A stretch of 64,000 bases of DNA, taken from NCBI GenBank assembly GCA_048013815.1, contig CM106585.1, forward strand, positions 18,228,001 to 18,292,000, given 5' to 3'. Within the stretch, counting starts at the first letter, position 1, and each line of letters starts with the position of its first letter. Made by a program: the position numbers and the translations under genes. This stretch comes from Setoptus koraiensis. Its lineage: Eukaryota; Animalia; Arthropoda. The notes beneath the pieces are model-generated. The model was given only the letters and a program-made list of their open reading frames with translations. It was not told the origin of the DNA and ran no database searches. Below, in pieces: positions 22,279-34,500 of the stretch.

Positions 22279-25200
22279 GTGTGACATGGTCCGATATGGC
22301 GTACGGTGGTTGTTGGCGTGTGCACTTGTTGCCGCTCAACAACACATTGGGGTGTTGACCGCAACAGGCCGTCACAGCCATTAAGTGATAAAGTTGTTAA
22401 TTATTGCTGACCGTTGCTCCGAGCATCATCTTGCGACGACACCTTCGGTCGTTGCGACATCATTCATCGCAATGGGCTCTCACATAAAAGATACATCACA
22501 TAAAGGATATGTGTCGTGTATACGAGCCAGTGGCGGACACAATTGTGTATGAGCTCGCAACCTGTGAGACGCCCTAATCGCGCAAACTGCGGCTACACCT
22601 ACGCACGTCTGTCTACCTGTACTGGGTTACATGACACTGCCGTGGAGAGGCCGCTGTCAGAACGGCGCTGTCATAACACTGCCGTCGTAGCGCTGTCATA
22701 ACAGCGCTGTCAAAACGGAGCTGTCATGATGAGAGACAACCGAGCAAGTTAATGAGTGCTAATGGTTGGCCATAATAATAGATACATGCAATAAGTGGCC
22801 GGCCAGCTTGCAAGTTGCAACCGATTGTGTGCACCGGCCATTTGCGCCGTCATTTACACTTGTGATTCGTACATTGTCTTATATATTGTCGCTGTATATT
22901 TGTCTGTATATTGTCGCTGTATGTTTGTCTGTATATTGGCGCGGTATATATGTTGCCGACGGTAGAGAGTTAGTGGCCGGCCAATAATTGAATTGACACT
23001 TTCCGACCTTGAAATAAATCGAAATCAATTGCCATTAATCAACAATGCCGATTGAACTGTCTGTCCAGCCAATCAGACAGCTCGCCTCATCTCATTCACA
23101 ATTCATAGTTCATCATCTCTCATGTTGCATGCCACTTTACAGGCCAATGTTGTTACCTGTTGCATGTGTCCTGTGGCCTGTGGACACATATCGCACACAC
23201 ACACATATCGAGCTGACCACAACAGCAGCAACAAGTGCAACAATTGCCGGCTAGCCGACAGCCGGCTTCGATGTGCCGACAATCGTGCCGTTTCCACTTA
23301 CTAACATTACCCTGTCGTCGTCGGCGTCGTCGTCGTCGCCGAACGCTGTTTGGCCAACGCCGAGATGAAAACCTTTTTTAACAATGGCCCGGCGACGGCA
23401 AATTGGTCTCGTTGAAGAGTCACTGATGAGCGTTGACCTTGTAATTGTTTTTGTTTTTATCCAGCGTGTGTCGTATTGCCGATGAGCTGTGCCGATGAAC
23501 GAATGAGAGTTCAAGTCGATTACATCAATTGCTTAACAAGCGCCGTCAATCTGTCTCTGTCTTGTTAGTTTCACGACACATTGTGCCACTCAAACAAACA
23601 AATTGTTATTTGCGACAACGACGACACCGACACCAACAACGACACCGACAACGACAGGCAGCTTTCGATGGGACGACAATTTCAATTGTGAGCGCGACAC
23701 AATTGCAAATCAAGCCAACTCGAAGCATGCAACTCGCCAATGACTGGCCAACTCAATATGACAACCACCAAGCCGCTGGTGTCGCTGTCACACCAGCAGC
23801 GCCAGTTTATTAGCGGCTATCTCTACTTTTTGATGCCACCAATAAACTCTTTTAAAACATCAATTTTATCAACACAAAAACCCACTTGTGCTAATTTGAC
23901 AATGTTGTGGCCCACACGCCCGAAGTGGCACACACAAATGTCAAACGATTCGCAACTACAGATCGCAATTTATCTGAGACAAATAACAGTTTGCCCAATT
24001 ATGAGCGCCTCGTCGCGTTGCTGCAACTCGCTCGTTGAACTAGAACTTGAACTTGAACCTGAATCTGCATCAAATTTGAATCAATCGCACCATTGTCAAA
24101 CGGTCGAAATGGCCAATCAACCGGTTGCATACAGTTACAGCGTGTGCAGTTATGCCGGGTATAAATGGTTGATGCAACAGCACCAATGGGCAAGCACAAG
24201 TGTGATTGATCTCGTGATTATCTGGCGACAATTACAACAACTTGTTGGCTTGTTTCGCATGCGCCCACCCGAAAGAAGATGAATCGCAATCACGGTTGCG
24301 CCCAGCCGATAATGATGCTGACGATAATTGGCTCTCGGGCCACCATTGCGCCAGCGACGATTTGCGATATTTGGGCGCCAAGCATCCCAATTTGGGATGC
24401 CCAAAGCTCGGCTCTGCCGACCGCTTGTCGCACCGGCGGACGGGCGGACGGGCGGACGGGCGGTCAGTCGGTTCAGCTCAAGCTCAGCTGGCTGTCAGCG
24501 GCAACAGCGAGCGGACTGGTGCCGACATGCGCCCGAGCGTCCGCTTGCGGGTACCCGCCACGAATACCGTGTGCTCAGACAGACGCAAGCAGTGCCGCAT
24601 TTGCCGACAAGCGTGTCCGACAGGCTGCTGTCGCATTGTCTCAACATTGATATATACATGCGACTGTTATGCAACTGTTGTTGTGTCCACTTCAACGACA
24701 TGACAGCTGAGCGTTCAACTCATGCCCGGCCGAGGCAAAATGGGCAAGTTGTGTCAGTAGGCGCCAAGAGCGCATCAGCCACGACACAGCGACCCGCTGG
24801 CCGGATCTGGCTTGGCAAGATGCGGCACATTTGAGCATGTCCACGCAATTCGTAGTAGGCATCGGGGCTGGCAATAGTGTCGCTCCATTGAGCACAACAA
24901 TAACACAATTTTCATTTGAATATTGGCACCGTGAGCGGCACCACGACAACACGTTGCGTTGTTGCGAGCGAGTTGTTGTTGCGAGCGAGCTGCAAGCTGA
25001 GAGCGCCAACAACAACCTGTTGCTATCAACTTGTTATTATAACTGGCGCATGCAAAATAACATTGCGTAACACACATATAGTTATGTAACATATGACTTG
25101 TGAACTGCAAGTCGGACGTTGTGAGACGAGCGATTATTATCATTATCATTGCAGGGCTAGCGGCCAATTTGTCGCTGTTGCGCGCCATCGTGAGCTTTGT

Positions 25201-25559
25201 GGCTTCCATTCAGAGTTCAACAACTCTGGGCCGAGCTCGACCTGAGACGGTCGCACTCCGACGGCACACACAAGCCGCCCGTTACAAGCACATACATAAT
25301 CACCGGCGCATATGCGTTGCGTAATGCCGCTCGCCGATCAGTTAGCCAACTGATTGGCCGCTCGACCAGTTCTCGGCCAATCGAGTTACCAATGTATACG
25401 CGCACCGACGAGCAATTCTGGCGAGGCGAGAGCGCGCCAGAAAACCGGCCAAACTGACAACTTTCAAGACCGTGATGCATACGCTGGCGAGATGAATGAG
25501 CTGGCTAGATGAATGAGCTGGCCGCATAATTGCGGAGAGGGGGTGATAACGATACTCAC

Positions 25560-27192
25560 GTCGGCTGTAGTCGCCCTCGGCCAGGCCGTGCGGGTGTCTG
25601 GCGTGTTTGGTGGGCTGCTGCGATTGCACGTTGACGGCGTCGGACGACGCCGAGGCCTGCATGGTGTGATGGTGCTTGGCCTGGTTGTGGTGCCTGGACG
25701 ATCGCGCCTGATTTGATTGCTGATGGCTGGCGCCGCTGTCCGTGGCGGCGGCAGCGGCGGCCGGCTGTTTGGCGGGCGACGGGCCCGACTCGACAATTAT
25801 CTCCCTGTGTAGCGCATAGTCTGTTTTGAGTCGCGGCGCGCCCCCATTGCTGGCAAAATTGTTGCTCGTTGGCCGTGAGGTTATTTCTATTTGATGATGC
25901 GACGGATTCCACGATGTTTCGTCGGTGGCCGAATATTCGCCGCCATCTTGTTGTCGCTTCCGTCGGCTCAGGCCGTTGTCGAGATGTCGCAATTGCTTGC
26001 CGCTAAACTGCTGCTGATTTGTGTTCGCTGGACTGTCCATTTGTCTGGTGTTGCTCATAAGCGAATCGGCCATGAGCGACACTGCCTGTTGTTGTTGTTG
26101 CTGTTGTTGTTGTTGCTGATCGGCGGTGTGACCTATGCCGCTGCCGCTGTCGTGCGGCGACAAAAATCCGTTCACGTTGCTTGTCACCATGGGCGTGGAC
26201 AGCGAGCCCGACGGCAGCATATCGTGGTGAAAATTGTCCATTAGCGAGCCACCGTCTTGCTGCTGTTGCTGCTGTTCAAGCGCGCCCGGAGTCGGGATGA
26301 GGCCCATGTGTGAGTGATGGGCGTGATTGTTGATGAGCCCGTTGTGATCTGCCACCATGTCGCTCAACGATTGAGGCGACATGGTCATATTGTGCCCGGT
26401 CATGTGATTTAGCGCCGGCCGCGTGGTAGGCTGCGGCCCGGACATGCTGCCCAGGCCCGTTGTGTCGTGCAAACTGTCGGCCACTGTCGAACCGGCCAAA
26501 CTGTTGGCCACACTCGACTGTGACAGCGGCGACAAACCGGAAATGGTGGTGCTAGTCAGGTTGTTGTTGTTGTTGGCGCCGGCCAGGCTTGCTGTGGACG
26601 ACGACAGGTCGGTGGACTGGTCCAACAGAACGTTGGTGTTTGTGTGAAACAGCGACGAGCTGCTGGGCTGCTCGCAAATCACCTGCGGACACTGATGCAA
26701 ACAAAATTGCACGTCCACTTGAAAGCGAACAACAACGTCACTGCTGAATTTGAAAGCGTCAAATTTGCCTATGAGCGTTCGCTTGTCCAGCTTCTTCAGT
26801 GACGGAAATATCCTCAAATCGGTGGGACAACCGTCCTTGTCTATGAGCATTATAGACTCTTCGGTGGTGCCCGATTTGGCCAGCACGCTGCGCGCCACCA
26901 TGTCAAATATGGACTCTGTTTCGGCCTCTATACGCAAATACAGCTCGTCGCCAAGCTTTGCGCCCGTTATGTCGCCCCCGAACTTGTCTGTGATGCGCAA
27001 CTTAATTTGGGGCGCCGTGCTGGTCGCGTTCACCAGGGCCGTGCTGGCCCAAACGTGACCCATGACGTTGTAGCTGTTGCTGATGGTTCTGTTGCTAGTC
27101 TGAAAGTCGCACACCACCTTTACGTAACGGTCCGTTTTTCTCTGTATCATCGGGTGGTGCTGCACAACCACCAGCGAGGTGTATTTGCCTCG
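25560..27192 (-). CDS. PAN/apple + zona pellucida (ZP) domain protein, exon 3: ZP-N end, ZP-C, low-complexity spacer, furin site
   Basis: Acceptor caacag|CGA at 27193; RGKYTSLVVVQHHPMIQRKTDRYVKVVC...LIDKDGCPTDLRIFP...FDAFKFSSDVVVRFQVDVQFCLHQCPQVIC is ZP; RRKR furin site. 3' end uncertain: donor C|GTGAGT at 25559 or read-through to the stop at 25342. Confidence 0.9.
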
Positions 27193-27234
27193 CTGTTGAT
27201 GCGAGTGTGTTGCATGTTTGCGCGATCGCGCACG

Positions 27235-27520
27235 CATATTTTCCCATCATCGCAAGTTCGCGTTTTCGTGCATTCGCATTTGGGTGCATTCGCGTTTTCG
27301 CATATTCATATTTTCCCATCATCGCGCGTTCGTGGTTTCGTGCGTTCGCGTTTTCGTGCGTGCGCGTTTTCGCACATTCATATTTTCCCATCATGGGATG
27401 TTTGCGCACACGCGTGTTCGCACATAAGCGTATTCGCGTGTTCGCACATTCAGATTTTCCCATAATAGCATGTTTGCGCGTTCGCGTTTTCGCATATTCG
27501 CGTTTTCGCATATCCATAGT
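27235..27520. repeat. 72-bp minisatellite (4 units, ~14-bp sub-repeats) in intron 2 of the PAN-ZP gene
   Basis: catattttcccatcat-like anchor at 27235, 27307, 27379 and 27451; sub-unit ttcgcgttttcgca. Confidence 0.85.
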
Positions 27521-27669
27521 CGCGTTTGCATGGTCGTGTTTGCATGATGGACGGTCGAGACGGACGCGAATAGAGTGGAGAGTAGAACATTATATCGAGT
27601 TAAAAATAGATCGGGCCGATTAGAGGTGCAAAGTCGTGATCGGGCGCTGGTTTCGCTGGTTCTACTTAC

Positions 27670-28081
27670 GTCATCGCGACTCGCGCAACGCGACTGTCCC
27701 GAGAATGGAATGATCAGACTGGTGTCCGTCTGAGAGCGGCCCATCATCTCGCAACCGGCCGGCTCGTCCTTGACATACATGCGGCCCTTAAATGGTTCCT
27801 GGGTACGCAAATGCAACGTCATAACGTTAGTGTCACAGTCGAGCTTTAAATCTAAACAATCTGACCGTTGCGCGTAAATGTGCCCGTGAGCGGGTATGAG
27901 CCTATCAAAGCCGCCAACAGTGAGACTGTCGTCGCTGTTTAGGTAACATTTGCCCGTCATTGTGTTAAACGTGAACGATCTGCATAAAAATGCCTTGGTG
28001 GTGATACAGGAGTTTTGGCATTGTTCCGCGGTGTAGGCGTTGCGCATAATCTCGGGCCGGCCCAGATCGAACTCGTCGAAC
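27670..28081 (-). CDS. PAN-ZP protein, exon 2: third PAN domain and ZP-N start
   Basis: Acceptor caccag|G at 28082, donor GAC|GTAAGT at 27669. Reads FDEFDLGRPEIMRNAYTAEQCQNSC..FLCRSFTF...KCYLNSDD (PAN), then LDLKLDCDTNVMTLHLRTQEPFKGRMYVKDEPAGC (ZP-N). Phases agree on both sides. Confidence 0.92.
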
Positions 28082-28176
28082 CTGGTGCGTGGAATGAGTG
28101 TTTGTCAGTGTCAGTCGTTATCATTGATTTGTTGTTATTATCAGTGAGTTGTTATTATTATGATTGAGTTACTCAC

Positions 28177-29501
28177 CTGTCGAAGGTGTCGCACGAGGCG
28201 CCGTCCGAGGCGCACTGGTTCTCGAAGTAGTCAATGTTGGAGGGCGCCGGCCGGAAGGAGTCGGGCCGCGAGTGCCTGTCCTGAATGGACAGCCTACACT
28301 GTTCCGTTATGTAGTCGTATTCGCCCGAGCGGCACCGGAAGTCTTTCTCACTCAAACATAATTCTTGACATTTTAGTCTGTTTTGTACATTCTCTATGAT
28401 CTTGTTGTCATAATTGATTATGTGATAACTGGGCACCCGCTCAAACAGCCACGCTCGCTCGCAAGCGGTCACCGGTTGCACGCACACCTTCTCGAAATAG
28501 GACGTGCGATCTTGCGTGGGCACCAACACTATGGGCGGGGGCGATCTTGCCAGCGCGGTGGCCGACTGTTGATTTTGGCTGCCCATTTGTTCAACGCCGT
28601 GACATGTATGCTTTTCGTAGTCTACTAAGAAGGCGCGACATCTTGTGTTTTTTCTGCACCTATTGTTGCACTCGGCCGTTATGGGCGCCAGCGCCACCTG
28701 TGAGAAGGCACTATTTTGTTGCCGTTGGTTCATTAGTTGGCTGGGCATTAGCATGGGCCCGCCGCCCCCGGACAACGATTGATTTGTGCCCGATTGGATG
28801 GCGCTCATTGCGTTGTACAATGTCACCATGGGGCTGCCCTTGACAGTGACGCCCGTTATGCGCTCGAACGTTGTCATCATATTTGGCTGACATTGGGCCT
28901 CCGCCAGCCAGAAATTGTTGCTGTGGCCGCTCGATGGGGCCGGTTTCGAGCGCACCGGCTTGTGGTTGCTGATGAAGGGGGGCATTAGAGTGATTAGTGT
29001 CACCATGAGCGATGCCAGCATGAAATTTGCCGACACGAAATGTGCTGATTTGCGGTCCGAATTTGCTGATTTGCTACCGAGCAAATTTGCTGATTTTGCG
29101 CTTGAATTTGCTGATTTTGTTGGCGCGATTATGCCGTGCCGAAATTGTCGCTTTTGCTGTGTGTGTCTGTTGTGCGCATTTTCGTATTTTACACTCCTAA
29201 TTATAATTGTTGCACGATTGTTGTTGACATTGCTGCTGAGCTCGACGCAGGCGCCGCCTGCGGGGCCCGCCATAGCGATTCGCCTGGGGTGCTGCTGCTG
29301 CTGTCGGCTGAGCGCTTGCTGGCTAATTGGCTGGCTGTTTAATTGTGGCTGCGATTGACACGACGGAAGTGCTGTCGATGAACTAGTTTGTTGTGCTGTA
29401 ATTTTTCGCTTCACTTTTGGGCATTTCGTTGCCGGCGAGCGGCAGCATTTGGTGTTTTGTTGCAATTGCATTTGTTGGTTGCGGCGAGTTTGCCCGATCA
29501 T
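28177..29501 (-). CDS. PAN-ZP protein (Neyo/Nyobe/Trynity/NompA-like apical matrix family), exon 1: PAN domains 1-2
   Basis: CQPNMMTTFERITG...ECNNRCRKNTRCRAFLVDYEKHTC and CERAWLFERVP...KCQELCLSEKDFRCRSGEYDYITEQCRLS...IDYFENQC; donor AG|GTGAGT at 28176 (95-nt intron). Start uncertain: first ATG is 29501, while ATG 29021 (MLASLMVTLITLM...) looks more like a signal peptide. Confidence 0.85.
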
Positions 29502-29753
29502 GGTCACTGTGTTCTGACTTGATGACTTTTCGTTGGCTTGTTTGTCGTCGTTGCTGCCGCTGATATCGGCGTCGATATTGCTCTTGTTTTGTGGTCTGTG
29601 ATTGTTGTTGCTGTTGATATTGTCTCTGCGACCGGCGCTCGCACACTGGCCAATGATCCAAGGTCCAAGACAACGCTCGACAACAACGCCAAATTGCGCA
29701 ATGTCAAAACAATGGACTTGCCAAGAGATCGTTCGTTTGCTGGCCAGACAGAG

Positions 29754-29788
<35 letters not shown>

Positions 29789-30142
29789 GCTGCGGCCAAT
29801 TGTCGTTGCACGTCAACCAAACAAGTTTGTTTCTTAAATCGCAAACCTCGAAGCGCAGCGACGCTCTGAGGTGTCATTGTCGTTGCTGCATCGGCATGCC
29901 ACTTCCAATTACGCCCTCCCGTCCCCGGGCATGCTGCGCATGCTCGCCGCCCGAGTGACCGGTGGCGCCACCACCCTGGCAAGACGCTCCGACAACCGGC
30001 AACAGGTTGACGGCGAATACGCTGGCCACCGTTGCATCTGTCGGCCGGTCATCGCTGCCAGAGACATGACAGCAGCGGGCTACTGTGCGCATGCCGGCCG
30101 AAAAGAGTTTAACTTTAGTTTAGTGACGCTCGCACCGTTGTT

Positions 30143-30173
<31 letters not shown>

Positions 30174-32679
30174 TTGTTATGGTAGTTGCTGTATTTGCTG
30201 CTGTTGTTGTTGTCGTTGTCGCTGTTGTCGTTGTTGCGCGGCCGTGAACAATGTCGAGCAGCGTCGGCCAGCGTTGGCCAGCGACGGCGGATGCAGATGA
30301 GATGGAGGCGCAAGCAGCGACAATGACACACACACTCAATTTGACAGCTATTGGACAGCTGTTAGAGCTGACAGCTGAGCACAGTCGACAACAGGTGCCA
30401 CTTGCGCAATAACAGGGAGCCCAAACAGAGCAAATCATTGCGCACCCAAGGCCGATTTGCAACACCTCGCACATCGTTTCGTTATTGTTTTGTTTCATTT
30501 GCAGCCGCAGCGGCAGTGATTTTGTCCGTTGTGTCGCGGTCATATCACGGGCCTGTTGCGTCACAATTATCTAAATTGCAACATGCCAGCACTGGTCCGC
30601 TAGCTCACCTGTTGTGACTCACAACTAGTGAGCTGACAACAGGACTCACAACTGACCAGTCAGCGTCGGCCAGCCTGTCGCGGTGGCCACAGGCAGCTGA
30701 CGGCGGGCACCTAGCTGCGCGCGGTCAGCTACAATTGTCCGTCACTCACGAGTCAGCGGCGCCACCAGTCAGCTGACCACCGCTGCTTGCCACAACGAGC
30801 GCCGTGTCACGCCCTCGCGGGCGCTGCTGCCCTGGTACTTCCGGTCAGCGGTAACAGGCGGTGATTGTGTAGCTTGCATGTTGCATAATACACACAGGCT
30901 TGCTACAATGAGGCAAGTCATTTGTCGCTGGCCAATGTCGGCCTCGGCCAGCGTGTTTGTGTTGTGCGCCGGACTCGCATAGAGTTAGCAAGTTGAAACA
31001 AATGCTGTTGAACTGGTCACTCACTGTTTGTTGGTGTGAGACGGACAGTGCCGCTGTGTTCTGTTGATCTGTTACGCAACAAGTGCACAAGTTACCTTAC
31101 AGGTAACTTACAGGCTGTAAGTGTTAGCTGTGGTTGCCAGCCCATGCGACTGGCGATTGTTCTTCGATGCGGGTTTGATGACACTTCTGTGGCACTGATC
31201 ACCTGTTGCCTGTTGTATGTATGCTGCCTGGTACCTGTTGCCTGTCACCTGGCCGCTGCAGCGGCGTCGATAATCACGCCGGCAGTTTGTATTTTGCACA
31301 ACTTTGTAGTTTGTGTGCGGTTTTCTCACATTGCGCCAGTACTGCCGCCTATGCGTGATGAGTCGCTGCAGTTGTGGCCGGCGCGGCCGGCCAGACGCAA
31401 CAACAGCAACAGCGACAACAGCAACAGCGACAACAGCGACAACAGCAAGTGACTGGCCGGTGGTTTTGGTCCCTCGGATCGGCCAATTTGCTGCCGCTGT
31501 TGTTGTTCGCGGTCGCCGCGCACAATACAACACAATGCTCGCTCGCTCGCGCCGGCCGGCCGGCCGGCCATCTCCCGATGTCTGAGCGGTGCCACAGGTA
31601 AGGCGCGACAGGTAAGGCGCGACAGGCGAGGCGAGCGTCACGCGCCCCCCGTCCCCTCAGCTCGCTCATTGGCACAGCACAGAGACCGGTATCGCACACG
31701 CAGAGCGGCCGAACGCGCACAAATCGGCCCATTCAACCAGCGGCCATCCCAATCGGGCAATATGTGGCAGCCGATACGTCAGATATAGAAATGACACCGA
31801 TGGCTGCACGCTCGGCAGCGTCTTCTTTGTCCGGCCAGCCGATCAGGCTGAGCCAAAACGAGCCGAGACGACAATCACCTGAGCAGGCCGGCCTCGAAAC
31901 AATTGTTTTCGGCCGTGATTTTCAACTAATTGCTATCACTGCCATTGCTATTTTTTGTCATCCTTTCTTTGTGAGAGTTTCTCTTGCTCTCGCTCGCTCT
32001 GTTTCTGTCTCTCTGTCTCTGTTTGGCTCACTGGCTCGCTCTGCTTCTGTCTGGCCGGCTTGCTCTGGTTTCATTGTGGCCATTGCACCGTGCTCATTGG
32101 ACTGGTCAGCGGCCAAATTAGTGGCCGCTCGGGCCGGCGCATGACCATTGTACTAGTAGTAGGCCGACACCATTGCAACACAATGAAGCCATTATCGCCA
32201 GCTCGCTCATTTTTTGCCCATTTCGCTCACCTGTCGTCTTGTTTGGCTATGGCCGCGCTGCGGGCTGCACCGTCCGCCAGTGTCATCGACTCGCGCTTGC
32301 CTCGTCGGACTCTCACTGGCAACAGTGTCAGTCAGAGGTCAAGTTCGCCTGCTGCCGGCCTCTCTACACAAATACTGCCACACAAATACCATACGGCGGG
32401 CCCCACTGGCGCGTCCGTTTCGCCCGGTGGAAATGGACGCGCCCACGGAATTGATTGTGAGTTGTCGAAATAGCCAAAACACTGACAAAAGCGTCGTGAA
32501 ATATCGAACGTATGAGCAGATATTGTAAAATATTGCGAAACATTGTGAAAAATTATGCCAGACAGCGCATTGCGTTGTGCATTGTGTTTGCGCCTAATTA
32601 TTTGCACACAATGCGTCTCACGAGCCGCCGCAACCAGTGGCTTACCTGCGCCGGGCTCACCTGTGCTGAGCCGGAAGCG

Positions 32680-32790
32680 ACCTGTTGTTGTTGCCGTTGC
32701 TGCTGCTGTCGTTGCTGCTGTTGTCGGTGCTGCTGTTGTCGGTGCTGCTGTTGTGGTTGCTGTTGTTGTTGCTGTTGTCGGTGCTGTTGG
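32680..32790. repeat. Imperfect (TTG/CTG/TCG)n trinucleotide repeat
   Basis: Directly visible; it generates stop-free frames on both strands. Confidence 0.85.
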
Positions 32791-33414
32791 CCGGCAAGTG
32801 CCGGCAGGCACAGTTACGGTTACAGTTACAGTGGCTGTCGGGACGCACAGTTAGATTTGTCGAGTTTGCGTTGAGCTCTTTGTTTGCGCCAGTTCACAAG
32901 ATATTGCGATTATCTTGCAATATCTTGAATTATCGCTGCCCACTGTTGCCGTTGCCGTCCACGGTTGGCACCGCCGAGAGCGCGAATGCGTCGCATGTGG
33001 CCGACACATCCACTCGACATGCTCATATTTTCGAGACACAATTTTGGCGCTACAAGCGCTTGCATAACTGTTAATAACGCAAGCGAGCAACAAAGATCCT
33101 TCGAAAGAATGAAGAAATGCAAACCGAGTTCCAGCAAAGAGTTTCTATTGTTGGCCCAACCGAATTAATTTATGCCCCTGAGAATGCGCTCATGGCATTA
33201 TTGTTCTTTGCTCGTTGTTGTTGCGTCATTGTTGTTGTTGTCGTTGTTGTTGCTGCTGTTGCTGCTGCTGTTACGTCACTGGTTGTTGCTGTGTTGCCAG
33301 TGAACTGACACACAGGTGAGCAAACAAGTGGCTGTGCTCAACGGTCACTGTTGACAACGCACACAGATTCTGTGACAGAAGCGCGTTGTGTGGTGCGAGT
33401 CGCAACCACAAGTT

Positions 33415-33463
33415 GCATAATGTGCACAACTCGCATAATGTGCACAACTTGCATAATGTGCAT
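33415..33463. repeat. 18-bp tandem repeat, about 2.7 units
   Basis: gcataatgtgcacaact(c/t) at 33415, 33433 and 33451 (partial). Confidence 0.8.
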
Positions 33464-34184
33464 TGTGAGCACAACGTAAGGCGCCATTATGTAACCATCC
33501 AACTGTTATTGTGTCACCCACAATGACAGGCTGATAGGATGAGCTCACCTGACTCAGGTGACCTGAGCGCGCTCGGCGACACTTTCTTCGGCCAACTTGT
33601 GCTGCCGGCGATGGCATAGTTACCGTGGGCCACATCCGTCGTGTTGTGGTGATCGTCGCAACAGATAATAGAATGGCTAATTAGCGGCGCTCGGGTGAGT
33701 TAACAACCACAATAATTGTCACTTTCGTTTGTTGTTTTTGTCTGCCCGCTCACGCAGCCACAAATGTAACAAACGCGCTCGAATGCTGCCGCTTGCTCAG
33801 ACCGGCCATCGATTCAACGGGTTCACTTCGAATGTGACTCGCACAATCTCGCTAATGAAGTTTCGTCGGCTCACGCAGGAAGCGAGCTCACTTGAGTGAA
33901 CTGCAAAGTTTGCACTTTTCATACGACATTCTCTGCCAGAGAGTCTCTGCCAGAGAGTCTCTGGCCAGTAAAAATAGATTGAGCCGCCACTCGCAATTAA
34001 ATTGAAACTGAAAACTCAAGGAAGTGACCACGGTTTTTTATAATGCCTTTATTATCATGATTGTTGTGCTATATGTGTTCTTATTGTTGTCACATGTCCG
34101 TGTGCCGTCCAGCTCGCTGTTGGCTCGCGTGTTTCCTCGATCGTCGTCACTTCCGGTCACTCACTCAAGATCGTTATTCAAACT

Positions 34185-34250
34185 CAAATTGACAAATTGA
34201 CAAACTGACAAATTGACAAACTGACAAACTGACAGATCGACAAACTGACA
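34185..34250. repeat. 8-bp tandem repeat caaa(t/c)tga, about 8 units
   Basis: caaattga caaattga caaactga caaattga caaactga caaactga cagatcga caaactga. Confidence 0.85.
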
Positions 34251-34500
34251 ATGCCACGCTACAATAAAAACAACAAAAACAACTGCCAAACTGCTAATAA
34301 AATCACTAGAATAGATTAGAATATTATTCGGTAATAACAATTAAAATGGTGTACACTCATGGGTGCCACTAATTGTGTGATGTGTCACCTCTGACAACTA
34401 TCGCCAGAGGCCTCCTCATAATCAAACATAATCAGCTGATTTTTGTTGTTGTTGTTTGTGGTCAGCTGATTAACCATCTGCCAGTGATATTGATGATAGA

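Noticed and set aside
22140-22381. Repeat ORFs (IIRP)n and (DNQT)n
   Set aside because: Translations of the 12-bp minisatellite; no start context or domain.
32332-33074. Mucin-like Thr/Ala, poly-Cys and poly-Leu ORFs
   Set aside because: All frames are open because of a CAA/CAG-type repeat; no ATG-led signal peptide.
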